Positions 10,199 to 18,597 of a DNA stretch of 64,000 bases are shown here, piece after piece. The position numbers and the translations under genes were made by a program. This stretch comes from Spirochaetia bacterium (GTDB taxonomy: Bacteria; Spirochaetota; Spirochaetia; SZUA-6; Bin103): contig CBDATQ010000001.1 in NCBI GenBank assembly GCA_965199955.1, forward strand, positions 544,001 to 608,000, given 5' to 3'. The notes below the pieces were generated by a model, which saw only the letters and a list, made by a program, of their open reading frames with translations, searched no databases and was not told the origin of the DNA. Every line of letters begins with the position of its first letter. Position 1 is the stretch's first letter.

Positions 10199-10266
10199 CA
10201 TTCCGTTATTTCCCCCGTAACCACAGCCTGACGATCATCTAGTCACCTAAATGGCAGAAGGTCGCA

Positions 10267-11679
10267 ATGATAATGACGATGAACATTCACGGAAATCTCA
10301 CCGGTCGGCTGCGTCAGGCCGCGCTGCTCGGGGCTCTGAGCGGGCTCATCGCTGCCTGCGCGGTCGGAGACGGAGAGGAAGCCGCCAGCGATGGGGCGCC
10401 CAGGCCGCTGGCCCACACCTCGGGAGACGCTGCGATCAGACTGGTCGCCGACCAGCCGTTCGACACGATGGCTGCCGCGCTGGCCCTGCAGCAGGTGTTC
10501 CGCGACGTGGCCGGCGCGTCGGTGCCCACCGTGGTGCAGATCGACACCACGCAGACCAGGCCGCGGTTCGGCTCCACGTTCGAGCAGCCCAGCGGCACCG
10601 GCTCCGGGGTGATCTACGACCGCACCGGCAACACCTACTTCGTCCTCACCAACGCCCACGTGATCCAGAACACGGACAGCATCAGGCTCACCCTGCACGA
10701 CGGGACGGAGATCTCCGAAGGCGTACGCCTGGTCGGAGCCGACCGCAACCGCGACGTCGCGGTGCTGCGGTTCGCCTCACGGGAACCGCTGGCCGTGGCG
10801 ATCATGGGAGACTCGGACGCCCTGCAGGTCGGCGACCAGGTGCTGGCGGTGGGCAGCCCCTTCGGCTTCCAGTCCACGGTGACCTCCGGGATCGTCAGCG
10901 GTCTCGGCCGCGAGCAGCGTCTGACCCCGTGGGCGGAATACATCCAGACCGACGCATCCATCAACCCGGGCAACTCCGGCGGCGCGCTGGTGGCCCTGGA
11001 CGGGGCGGTGGTCGCCATCAACACCTGGATCGCTTCCAACCGATGGGGCACCAGCGTCGGGGTCGGATTCGCGTTGCCGATCAATACCGCGTTGCTCGTC
11101 GCCGACCAACTGCGCGAAGGCGGCGTGCGCTACGGGTATCTCGGCGTCCAACTGCAACCCGCCAGCGACGTCGGTCAGTGGAGCGACGGCGCGCTGGTCA
11201 CCAGCGTGTACTCGCGGTCTCCCGCCGAGCGCGCAGGGTTTCTGGCTGGCGACGTGATCATCGCCGTGGATGGTCAGGGGGTCACCGGCACCGGCGAGGT
11301 CATGCGCAACATCGGCGGTGCCGGGCCCGGCACCCGGCTGGCGCTTACCGTGCTGCGCGACGGCGCGGAGCAGGAGATCACGGTACGGCTGGGCGAACGT
11401 CCGGAGTCCGGGGACGATACAGGAACCGACTGGCCTGGGATCTTCGTGGTCGACGATCCGCCGGGTCAGGGCGTGGGCGTGGAGGGCGTGTCGAGGACGT
11501 CGGGCGCTCGGCTCGCGGGTCTCCGGTCGGGAGACGTGATCATCGAGATCGACGGCGACAAGGTCGCCGACGTGGAGGACTTCTACGCCGCGCTGCGCGA
11601 GGCCGATTCGGCGGAGCTCACCGTGTTGCGGCCCGGGTCGAGCCGCTCGCGTACCTTCACCGTGGCGATCGACCGCTGA
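10267..11679 (+). CDS. htrA: HtrA/DegP-family serine protease with two PDZ domains, probable lipoprotein
   Basis: TNAHV, DVAVL, INPGNSGG catalytic triad; two PDZ regions; LIAAC lipobox. Confidence 0.95.
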   Translation: MIMTMNIHGNLTGRLRQAALLGALSGLIAACAVGDGEEAASDGAPRPLAHTSGDAAIRLVADQPFDTMAAALALQQVFRDVAGASVPTVVQIDTTQTRPRFGSTFEQPSGTGSGVIYDRTGNTYFVLTNAHVIQNTDSIRLTLHDGTEISEGVRLVGADRNRDVAVLRFASREPLAVAIMGDSDALQVGDQVLAVGSPFGFQSTVTSGIVSGLGREQRLTPWAEYIQTDASINPGNSGGALVALDGAVVAINTWIASNRWGTSVGVGFALPINTALLVADQLREGGVRYGYLGVQLQPASDVGQWSDGALVTSVYSRSPAERAGFLAGDVIIAVDGQGVTGTGEVMRNIGGAGPGTRLALTVLRDGAEQEITVRLGERPESGDDTGTDWPGIFVVDDPPGQGVGVEGVSRTSGARLAGLRSGDVIIEIDGDKVADVEDFYAALREADSAELTVLRPGSSRSRTFTVAIDR

Positions 11680-11692
11680 GGCGGTCGATCGC

Positions 11693-12769
11693 TCAGTATC
11701 CGAAGTCGGCGGCGACGCCCGACAGGCTGCGCGGCCCGCTCTCGATCAGCCGGCGTCCCTCGTCCGCGATCGACTCGAACGCGTGCCACCACGGCCGGCT
11801 GCGCGCCGTGGCCAGCTCCCGCATCTGCCGCACGCGCGGCAGCGCGATGCGCCGGAACGCGTCAACCAGCCCGTCCCAGGTCGTGGCCTCGGGGGCGGTG
11901 AATGCCTCCTTGAAGTAGGCGCGCCCGCACATCGGCGCCGCCACCAGGTCGGCGACCAGCGCGTACTGGGCCGCGTACTGCGAGAAGTCCACCGCCGCGC
12001 TCAGGAGGAACAGCGGCCGCGGGCAGACCTCGGCGATGCGCCGGCAGGTCCCGCGTACCACCTCCGCGCTGGAAGCGGGCTGCACGTTGCCTGACCCGTC
12101 CTCGACCCACAGCAGCGGGATCTGCGTCTTGTAGAAGGCGCCGAACGAGCCGAACTCCTCGGCGATCTGCACCAGCGCCTCCGGCAGGCGCGCGGCGAAC
12201 GCGGCGCGGTCCTCATCCGGCCTCTCCAGCAAAAGCGTCTCCGAGAACAGCGGCTTGCCGAGCTTCCGGCAGCGCTCGTCCACGTCTGCCAGCCAGTCGC
12301 GGTTGCGCTTCCAGCTCTCCGGATGGTCCGGGTCGAGGTTGACCAGCGTCTTGAAGCCGTCCAGGTGCTCGGCCGCCTCTTCCGGCGGCAGCTCCAGGAC
12401 CGACAGCTTGCCGGCGCCCCCGTCCATGATCTGCCCGGCGGAGGACTCCAGGCGGCCGATCAGGTAGGTGCCGCCCAGCGTCTCGCGAAAGCCGGCCGAG
12501 GTGAAGGCAAGCCGGTTGAACAGCGCCGCGCTGGCCGTCCCGCCGAGCGCCGCGGCGAACTCGCGCGCCGCGCGCCGCACGTCGTCGTCTTCGGCGGCAC
12601 GCGGGTCCGGGGTGTTGGCCAGGAAGGAGCTCAGCAGCCTCAGGTAGGAGCCGTGCTGGTCGGAGGCGAACACGTCCAGCACGCCGTTCGGCGCCGCGGC
12701 CGCCAGCCGCTCGAACGCTTCCTTGGTGATCGACAGCCCGTCCGCATAGCAGGCCCAGGGTTCGTTCAT
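11693..12769 (-). CDS. Class I aldolase, LacD/tagatose-bisphosphate aldolase-like
   Basis: ASDQHGS, GFKTLV, FSETL, FYKTQIP, LLSAAVDF and CGRA match LacD-family motifs. Confidence 0.75.
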   Translation of the reverse strand: MNEPWACYADGLSITKEAFERLAAAAPNGVLDVFASDQHGSYLRLLSSFLANTPDPRAAEDDDVRRAAREFAAALGGTASAALFNRLAFTSAGFRETLGGTYLIGRLESSAGQIMDGGAGKLSVLELPPEEAAEHLDGFKTLVNLDPDHPESWKRNRDWLADVDERCRKLGKPLFSETLLLERPDEDRAAFAARLPEALVQIAEEFGSFGAFYKTQIPLLWVEDGSGNVQPASSAEVVRGTCRRIAEVCPRPLFLLSAAVDFSQYAAQYALVADLVAAPMCGRAYFKEAFTAPEATTWDGLVDAFRRIALPRVRQMRELATARSRPWWHAFESIADEGRRLIESGPRSLSGVAADFGY

Positions 12770-12785
12770 GCTCGTCCTTTCATCA

Positions 12786-14138
12786 TTACGTGATCAACAG
12801 CACCTGCAGATCGCCGACGTTCGTACGCGTCGGCCCGGTACGAAACAAGCCGCCGGCGCGGTCGAAGAACGTATACGAGTCGTTGCGATCCAGGTACTGA
12901 CGGGGACTCAGTCCCAGACGTCGGGCCGCATCATATACCGCCGGGTCCGCAAACGCACCCGTGGCGTCCGTCGGACCGTCCGTGCCGTCGGTGGAGGCGG
13001 CAAGGAAGTGCAGCCGGCCGCGTTCCGGGTGGTCGGCTGCCTCGGTCAGGAAGGCCAGTGCCATCTCCTGGCTGCGGCCGCCCGCGCCGTCGCCGCGCAG
13101 CGTGACCGTCGTCTCGCCGCCGCCAATCACGCAGCAGGGTGCGGAGGCCGCCACCCCGTGGCGTGCGACGTCGGAGCCGATCGCCAGGTAGACTTTGGCC
13201 ACTTCGCGCGCCTCGCCGACGATCTGCGATGACAGCGCCAGCGTCGGCCAGCCCAGTGTCCGCGCTTCCGCGCGCGCGGCCTCGAGAGCGGTCAGGTTGT
13301 TTCCCAAGAGGATGTTCTGGACGCCGGCCAGCTCCGCGCCGCCCGGCTTGGGCGTCTCCGGCAGGCGGCCGTCGCGGCCGGCCTCGAGCACCCGGCGGGC
13401 CGGCTCCGGCAGCGCCGCGGTCACGCCGTAGCGGTCGGTGATCGCCAGCGCGTCCGCGTAGGTGGTGGCATCCGCCGCGGTCAGCCCGGAGGCGATGGTG
13501 TCCAGGCGGTCGCCTGTCACGTCGGAAAGGATCAGGTTGAGCGAGCGGGCGGGGTGGGTCAGCGCCGCCAGCCGGCCCCCCTTCACCTGCGACAGGTGCT
13601 TGCGCACGCAGTTCATCTCCTGGATGGTCGCGCCGCAGGCCAGGAGCAACTCCGTCACCCGCTTCTTGTCGTCCAGGTCCAGGTCCAGGCCGGGCTGGCC
13701 GCCGCCGGTCTCCAGGGGCGCGGCCAGCAGCGCCGACCCGCCGCCGGAGATCAGGCCGATCACCAGCGTGCCGGCGTCGGCGTCGCGGCAGTGACGGGCG
13801 ATCACCTGCGCGGCCCGCCGGCTTTCCTCGTCGGGCACCGGATGGCCGGACTCGATGACGTCGATGCGCGTCAGCGGCTCGCCGTGGCCGGCCTTGGTGG
13901 CGATGGTGCCGCCGGCGATCCGATCGCCCAGCAGGTCCTCCAGCGCCAGCGCCATGCTGGCCGACGCCTTGCCGGCACCGATGACCACGATCCGCCGGAC
14001 GGTGTCCAGGTCGACTTGGCCGTCCCAGCCGGCGACCCGCAGCGTGCGGCCGGCGACCGTCACCCCGTTGCGGATCAGACGGTTTGGCCGCACCGGGTCC
14101 AGGCCGGCGCGGTAGATGCGCTCCAGAGCCTGTCTCAT
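12786..14138 (-). CDS. Glycerate 2-kinase (GckA/TtuD, MOFRL domain)
   Basis: GAGKAS, ISGGGSAL, RKHLSQVKGG, GGETTV, TDGTDG, TRTNVGD. Confidence 0.93.
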   Translation of the reverse strand: MRQALERIYRAGLDPVRPNRLIRNGVTVAGRTLRVAGWDGQVDLDTVRRIVVIGAGKASASMALALEDLLGDRIAGGTIATKAGHGEPLTRIDVIESGHPVPDEESRRAAQVIARHCRDADAGTLVIGLISGGGSALLAAPLETGGGQPGLDLDLDDKKRVTELLLACGATIQEMNCVRKHLSQVKGGRLAALTHPARSLNLILSDVTGDRLDTIASGLTAADATTYADALAITDRYGVTAALPEPARRVLEAGRDGRLPETPKPGGAELAGVQNILLGNNLTALEAARAEARTLGWPTLALSSQIVGEAREVAKVYLAIGSDVARHGVAASAPCCVIGGGETTVTLRGDGAGGRSQEMALAFLTEAADHPERGRLHFLAASTDGTDGPTDATGAFADPAVYDAARRLGLSPRQYLDRNDSYTFFDRAGGLFRTGPTRTNVGDLQVLLIT

Positions 14139-14659
14139 CGGCCTTCCCGCTCGATCCAGGAGCGCAGCGCGTCCGCGGTGCTCGGGAACGCAAGCTCCTC
14201 CCACGGGATGGAAGCCGGCTCGGTCCAGACCGCCTCGTCGCATTCATCGCCGGCCGTGAGCGCGCCGCCGGTGACCGCCGCGGTGTAGACGACCAGCACC
14301 GCGGTCACGTCGGGGTAGGAGAAGACGCCGTGCAGCGCCTCGAGGCGCACGCGCAGGCCGGTCTCCTCCCAGGTCTCGCGCACGGCGGCCCGATCTACCG
14401 GCTCGCCCCGGTCCACGTAGCCGCCGGGAAACGTCCACTTGCCGCGCGCCGGGTTGATCGTCCGCCTGATCAGCGCGATGCGGCCCTCGTGGACGACGAT
14501 GGCGCCGGCCGCCACCTTCGGGTCGAAGTACACCACCGCGCCGCACCGCTCGCAGACCGGCCGCTGCCGGCCGTCGATCTGGCGCGATGCCAGCGGAGCG
14601 GCGCACGCGGCGCAGAACCGCGTCGCGGTTCCGTGGACGTGATCGGGCGTGTCAGCCAT
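14135..14659 (-). CDS. NUDIX hydrolase with N-terminal zinc ribbon
   Basis: CAAC...CERC; GGYVDRGEPVDRAAVRETWEETG Nudix box. Confidence 0.93.
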   Translation of the reverse strand: MADTPDHVHGTATRFCAACAAPLASRQIDGRQRPVCERCGAVVYFDPKVAAGAIVVHEGRIALIRRTINPARGKWTFPGGYVDRGEPVDRAAVRETWEETGLRVRLEALHGVFSYPDVTAVLVVYTAAVTGGALTAGDECDEAVWTEPASIPWEELAFPSTADALRSWIEREGR

Positions 14660-15071
14660 GGTGTGCGTACACTCGAAGCGTCTCCCTGCCCCGGTCTACC
14701 GTACCAAGGGCTTGCTGTCGACCCGGTTTTGCAGCCGCCGAGACTCGTGACTTGGAGCGCCACCGATCAAGGCCGGATCTTCGTGTCTGACGAACGCCCA
14801 ATCAGACCCATCCTCCTGGCGTCAAGCCACGCCTTGAGAGGAGTAGTGCAGAGTTCGCCACCAGCGCCATCGCGAGCGACACGACATTCCCAGGCTGTCG
14901 CGGCCGTGTTGGGGCAAGATCTCCCGCTCCACGGGGTCCGGATGAGATGGTGGTCGCTCGTTCACCATGTCTGTTTTCCACCTTGTCGAGACCGTTGGTG
15001 CCGCCCTAATGTACCGGTATCACTACCGGGCAGACTCCTTCTGACTCAGATGATCCAGACGAGGTGAAGAC

Positions 15072-15116
15072 ATGACCGCCGAGATCGCGATCATGAACAA
15101 ATCCGCGGTCGCACTA
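15072..15116 (+). pseudogene. 5' stub of an Ntn-hydrolase/proteasome-beta-like gene (MTAEIAIMNKSAVAL), cut by an IS end
   Basis: GAGGTG SD at 15061-15066. The peptide matches the MTAEIAxxNxxAVALAADS N-terminus and stops at the CTAG where the IS begins. Confidence 0.65.
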
Positions 15117-15770
15117 GTGGACTGTAACGAGAATTCATGCACCGATGTGTCGTGACGGATCAACATAATGCCACTTCACGACCCGCGGATTCTTGAATCG
15201 CCGTCTTCTCGTCCACGCAGAACACCGCCGCGTGCGCCGGCGGGTTCAGGTACAGCCCGATGATGTCGGCCGCCTTCTGCTCGAAGTCCGGATCGTTGGA
15301 GCTCATGTAGCGCTCCAACCGGTGCGGCTGCAGCCGGTGCTTGCTCCATACCCGCGCCACCATCATGTGCGACACGCCCAGCTTGGCCGCCAGGCGGCGC
15401 GTGCTCCAGTGCGTGGCGCCATCGGTCGGCGCCTTGCGCGTGGCGTTGAGGATCCTGGCCTCCACGCTCGGGGTGCAGCGAAACGGCTTCTGACCGCGGT
15501 GCCGGCTGTACAGTCCTGCCAATCGCTCGGCCCGAAAGCGGCCAGCCCACATCGCCACGAAGCCGCGGCTGCACTCGGCTCGTTCGCACACTACGTCCCA
15601 CGTGAGTCGCTCAGCGAGCAGCAGAATGACGCGCGCACGGCGCGCATCCTCGGCTCGACCAGTGCGACTCCTGGCCCGCTTGGTGAGTTCGCGATGCTCG
15701 GCTTCGGTCAATACGATTCCCTCTCTCATGCCTCCAATTATAGTACGAAAGCAAATGTTACGGCCTGCTG
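15115..15770 (-). mobile_element. Internally deleted IS630-family insertion sequence
   Basis: End TAGTGGACTGTAAC at 15115; degenerate opposite end CAGCAGGCCGTAAC (15770-15757, 9/14 identical); transposase remnant between them. Confidence 0.8.
15135..15729 (-). pseudogene. IS630 transposase remnant (HTH region joined out of frame to the extreme C-terminus)
   Basis: MREGIVLT...THWSTRRLA...DPDFEQKAADIIGLYLNPP...CVDEKTAIQ, then in another frame KNPRVVKWHYVDPSRHIGA*. Most of the DDE core is missing. TATAAT and GGAGG lie upstream. Confidence 0.9.
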
Positions 15771-15841
15771 GCGTTACCGAACGTGCCCTGAGGCGACGGG
15801 TAAAGAAGTAAGGCGGTTGAGGGATAGGGGACGGGGCTGCG

Positions 15842-16231
15842 GTGTCTGAATCCGGATCGCGCTCGCTCCGCCTGTCGAAGCTCGACGCGCAGGACTGGGC
15901 GTCGGAGGCGCTCCTGTGCGTCTCCTGTGGTGAGGAAGTGACCGGCGACCGGGCGCGCATCAACGTGGCGGGCGCGCACCGGCATGACTTCTTCAACCCG
16001 CAGCGCGTCCACTACGCGATCGCCTGCTTTGCCCCTGCGGCCGGCTGCCGCTCGATCGGCGAGCAGACCGACCGCTTCACGTGGTTTGCCGGGTACGCGT
16101 GGACGATCGCCCTGTGCCGGCGCTGCGGGACGCACCTGGGCTGGCGTTTCGTCTCGGCCGGGGGCGGCCACCGCTTCTTCGGGCTGATCGAGTCGCGCCT
16201 GGTGCGGCTGGGGCAGGGCCGGGCCAACTGA
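15842..16231 (+). CDS. Stand-alone cereblon-family (CULT, thalidomide-binding domain) protein
   Basis: CVSC and CRRC zinc ligands; FNP, FTWFAGYAW and HLGWRF tri-tryptophan cage, FFGL. Confidence 0.92.
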   Translation: MSESGSRSLRLSKLDAQDWASEALLCVSCGEEVTGDRARINVAGAHRHDFFNPQRVHYAIACFAPAAGCRSIGEQTDRFTWFAGYAWTIALCRRCGTHLGWRFVSAGGGHRFFGLIESRLVRLGQGRAN

Positions 16232-16242
16232 GTGAGACGGTC

Positions 16243-16452
16243 ATGAGCCCCCGCGTCGACGGCCGGATCGTCGCCCACGTGCCGGCCGCGCCGCGCATCG
16301 CCGCGGCGCAGATGCTCGGCCGCCGGCAGCTCGTGCAGGTGCTGTTCGGCCACCATCCCGGCGACGAGCCGCCGCCGCTGGTCGACGACACCGGCATGGC
16401 GGCGGCACTGTTCCCTTACCGGCTCCCGCTCTGGGAGCTGGACCACTGTTGA
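16243..16452 (+). CDS. Small hypothetical protein (69 aa)
   Basis: GC3-rich frame filling the gap between two plus-strand genes; no motif. Confidence 0.45.
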   Translation: MSPRVDGRIVAHVPAAPRIAAAQMLGRRQLVQVLFGHHPGDEPPPLVDDTGMAAALFPYRLPLWELDHC

Positions 16453-16468
16453 AGAGAGAGGAGCGACC

Positions 16469-17416
16469 ATGGAACGACGAGAGTTGGCCGGCATGCCCGA
16501 GGGAGTCTCGGTCATCACGCTCGGGACCATGCTGTTCGGGCGTCCCGTGCCGAAGCAGGAGGCCATCGGGCAGGTCCACGCCGCCCTCGATCTGGGCGTC
16601 AACCTGTTCGACACCGCCGACATCTACGAGGGCTACGACCGCTTTCTGGGCTCGCCCGGCGGGGTCGCCGAGACGATCCTGGGCGAGGCGCTGCGCGGCC
16701 GGCGCGACCGGGCGCACATCACCACCAAGGTCGGCAACCCGGTCGGCAGCGGGCAGGACGGCGGCCATCCGGCCGGCGCCGGCTATGCCGGAACCGGCCT
16801 GGGGCCGGAGCACGTCGAGCAGCAGATCGACGCCAGCCTCAGGCGCCTGCGCACCGACTACGTGGACTATTACCTGCTGCACATTGCCGACGCGGACACG
16901 CCGCTCGAGGACACGCTCGGCGCCGTCGACCGGCTGGTGCGGGCCGGCAAGGTGCGGCACTGGGGCTTCTCCAACTTCGATGCGGCACAGATCGACACGA
17001 TGCTCGACCTGTGCCGCGCCGGCGTGGCGGCGCCGCCGGTGGTGGCGCAGCCCTGCTACAACTGGCTGGAGCGGGACGTGGAGTCCGGCTACCTGCCGGC
17101 CTGCCGGCGTGCGGGCATCGGGATCACCCCATACCGGCCGCTGGCGGGCGGCCTGCTGAGCGGCAAGTACCGTCCCGGCGGGACGCCTCCGGCCGGCAGC
17201 CGCGCCGTGGAGTCGGCCTGGATCGACGCGGCGGAGATCCCGCACGAACGGCTGCGTCCGTTCGACGAAGAGGCGGCCGCCGCGGGCGTCCCGCCGGCCT
17301 GTCATGCGGTCCGCTGGCTGCTCGAACGGGAAGGGGTGGTGTCGGTCGTGACCGGGGTGAAGTCGACCTCTCAGCTCGAGGGGCTGGCGGCGTGCGTGCC
17401 GGGGCGGGAGGCATGA
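16469..17416 (+). CDS. Aldo/keto reductase
   Basis: LGTMLFG, FDTADIY, SLRRLRTDYVD, GKVRHWGFSN, PLAGGLLSGKY; AGGAG SD. Confidence 0.95.
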   Translation: MERRELAGMPEGVSVITLGTMLFGRPVPKQEAIGQVHAALDLGVNLFDTADIYEGYDRFLGSPGGVAETILGEALRGRRDRAHITTKVGNPVGSGQDGGHPAGAGYAGTGLGPEHVEQQIDASLRRLRTDYVDYYLLHIADADTPLEDTLGAVDRLVRAGKVRHWGFSNFDAAQIDTMLDLCRAGVAAPPVVAQPCYNWLERDVESGYLPACRRAGIGITPYRPLAGGLLSGKYRPGGTPPAGSRAVESAWIDAAEIPHERLRPFDEEAAAAGVPPACHAVRWLLEREGVVSVVTGVKSTSQLEGLAACVPGREA

Positions 17417-18597
17417 CCGCCCGGGCCGCGGGTGGCGCGGTCGACCAGGACCGTCTGTTGGCGACCGCCATGTCGCTGATGGAGGTCCCCAGTCCCACGG
17501 GAGAGGCCGGAGCGGCCGCCGACCGGCTGGCCGAGTTGTTGGCGGAGGATGGCTTCGCGGTGGAGCGCATGGCCGCGGGACATCCGGATGCCGCGGCCGT
17601 GATCACGCGCCTCGCCGGCGAGCGGCCCGGACCTACCCTGCAGTTCGACGGCCACCTGGACACCGTCCACCTGCCCTACCGGCCGCCGCGGCTGGAAGGC
17701 GGGGTGCTGGCCGGCACCGGCGCGGCCGACATGAAGGCTGGGATCGCCGCGGCCGTGGAGGCGCTGCGCGCGGTGCGCGACGCCGGCGGCCTGCCGGCGG
17801 GCGGCCTGCTGTTGACCGCGCACGACCTGCACGAGGCGCCGTGGGGCTACGGCGAGCAGCTCGACGCCATGATCGCCGCGGGCGTGGCCGGCGACGCGGT
17901 GATGCTGCCCGAGTACGAGGGGGCGGAGCTGCCGGTGTCCGGGCGCGGCAACGCGGTGATCACCGTGACGGTGCGGCGCGACGGCGAGCCCATGCACGAG
18001 GTCCTGGGCGGAGCGGAGCAGCCCGACGTGATCGCCGCTGGCGCCGCGCTGACGCTGGGCCTGAAGGAGCTGGCCGCCGAGCTCGCCTCCGAAGGCGAGA
18101 GCGTGGCCGGCCGCGCCAGCGTGTTCATCGGCACGGTCGCGGGCGGGCAGATGTTCAACCAGGCGCCGGTCGAGCTCACGCTGGAGGGGACGCAGCGCTG
18201 GCTGCCCGGCATCCGCCCGGAAGCGGCCGAACGGCGGCTGCGCGACTGCCTGGCCCGGCACACGCCGCCGGGGATCCACGTAGACTGCCGCTGGCAACTC
18301 GTCCGCGGCGGCTTCGAGCTGGATTTCCGGCACCCGGTGGTGGATGCCTTCGATCGCGCGGTGGCCGCCGAGCTCGGCGCGCCGCTGCCGCGCGGCCCCA
18401 AGCGCTTTGCCGATGACGGCAACAGCTTCAGCGACCTGGCCGGGATCCCGGCCATCACGCACGGGCCGCGCGCCACCGGCGCGCACACCGTCGACGAGCG
18501 GGTCGCGGTGGACGAGCTGACCCGCGTGGCGCGCGTGTACGCGGCGACGGCCTTGCGCTACTGCGCCACCGGCGGCGCCGGGGACCTGCGGCGGTAG
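17413..18597 (+). CDS. M20 metallopeptidase/deacylase (ArgE/DapE-like)
   Basis: GHLDTV, GAADMKAG, HE in place of EE, GAHTVDE. Confidence 0.88.
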   Translation: MTARAAGGAVDQDRLLATAMSLMEVPSPTGEAGAAADRLAELLAEDGFAVERMAAGHPDAAAVITRLAGERPGPTLQFDGHLDTVHLPYRPPRLEGGVLAGTGAADMKAGIAAAVEALRAVRDAGGLPAGGLLLTAHDLHEAPWGYGEQLDAMIAAGVAGDAVMLPEYEGAELPVSGRGNAVITVTVRRDGEPMHEVLGGAEQPDVIAAGAALTLGLKELAAELASEGESVAGRASVFIGTVAGGQMFNQAPVELTLEGTQRWLPGIRPEAAERRLRDCLARHTPPGIHVDCRWQLVRGGFELDFRHPVVDAFDRAVAAELGAPLPRGPKRFADDGNSFSDLAGIPAITHGPRATGAHTVDERVAVDELTRVARVYAATALRYCATGGAGDLRR

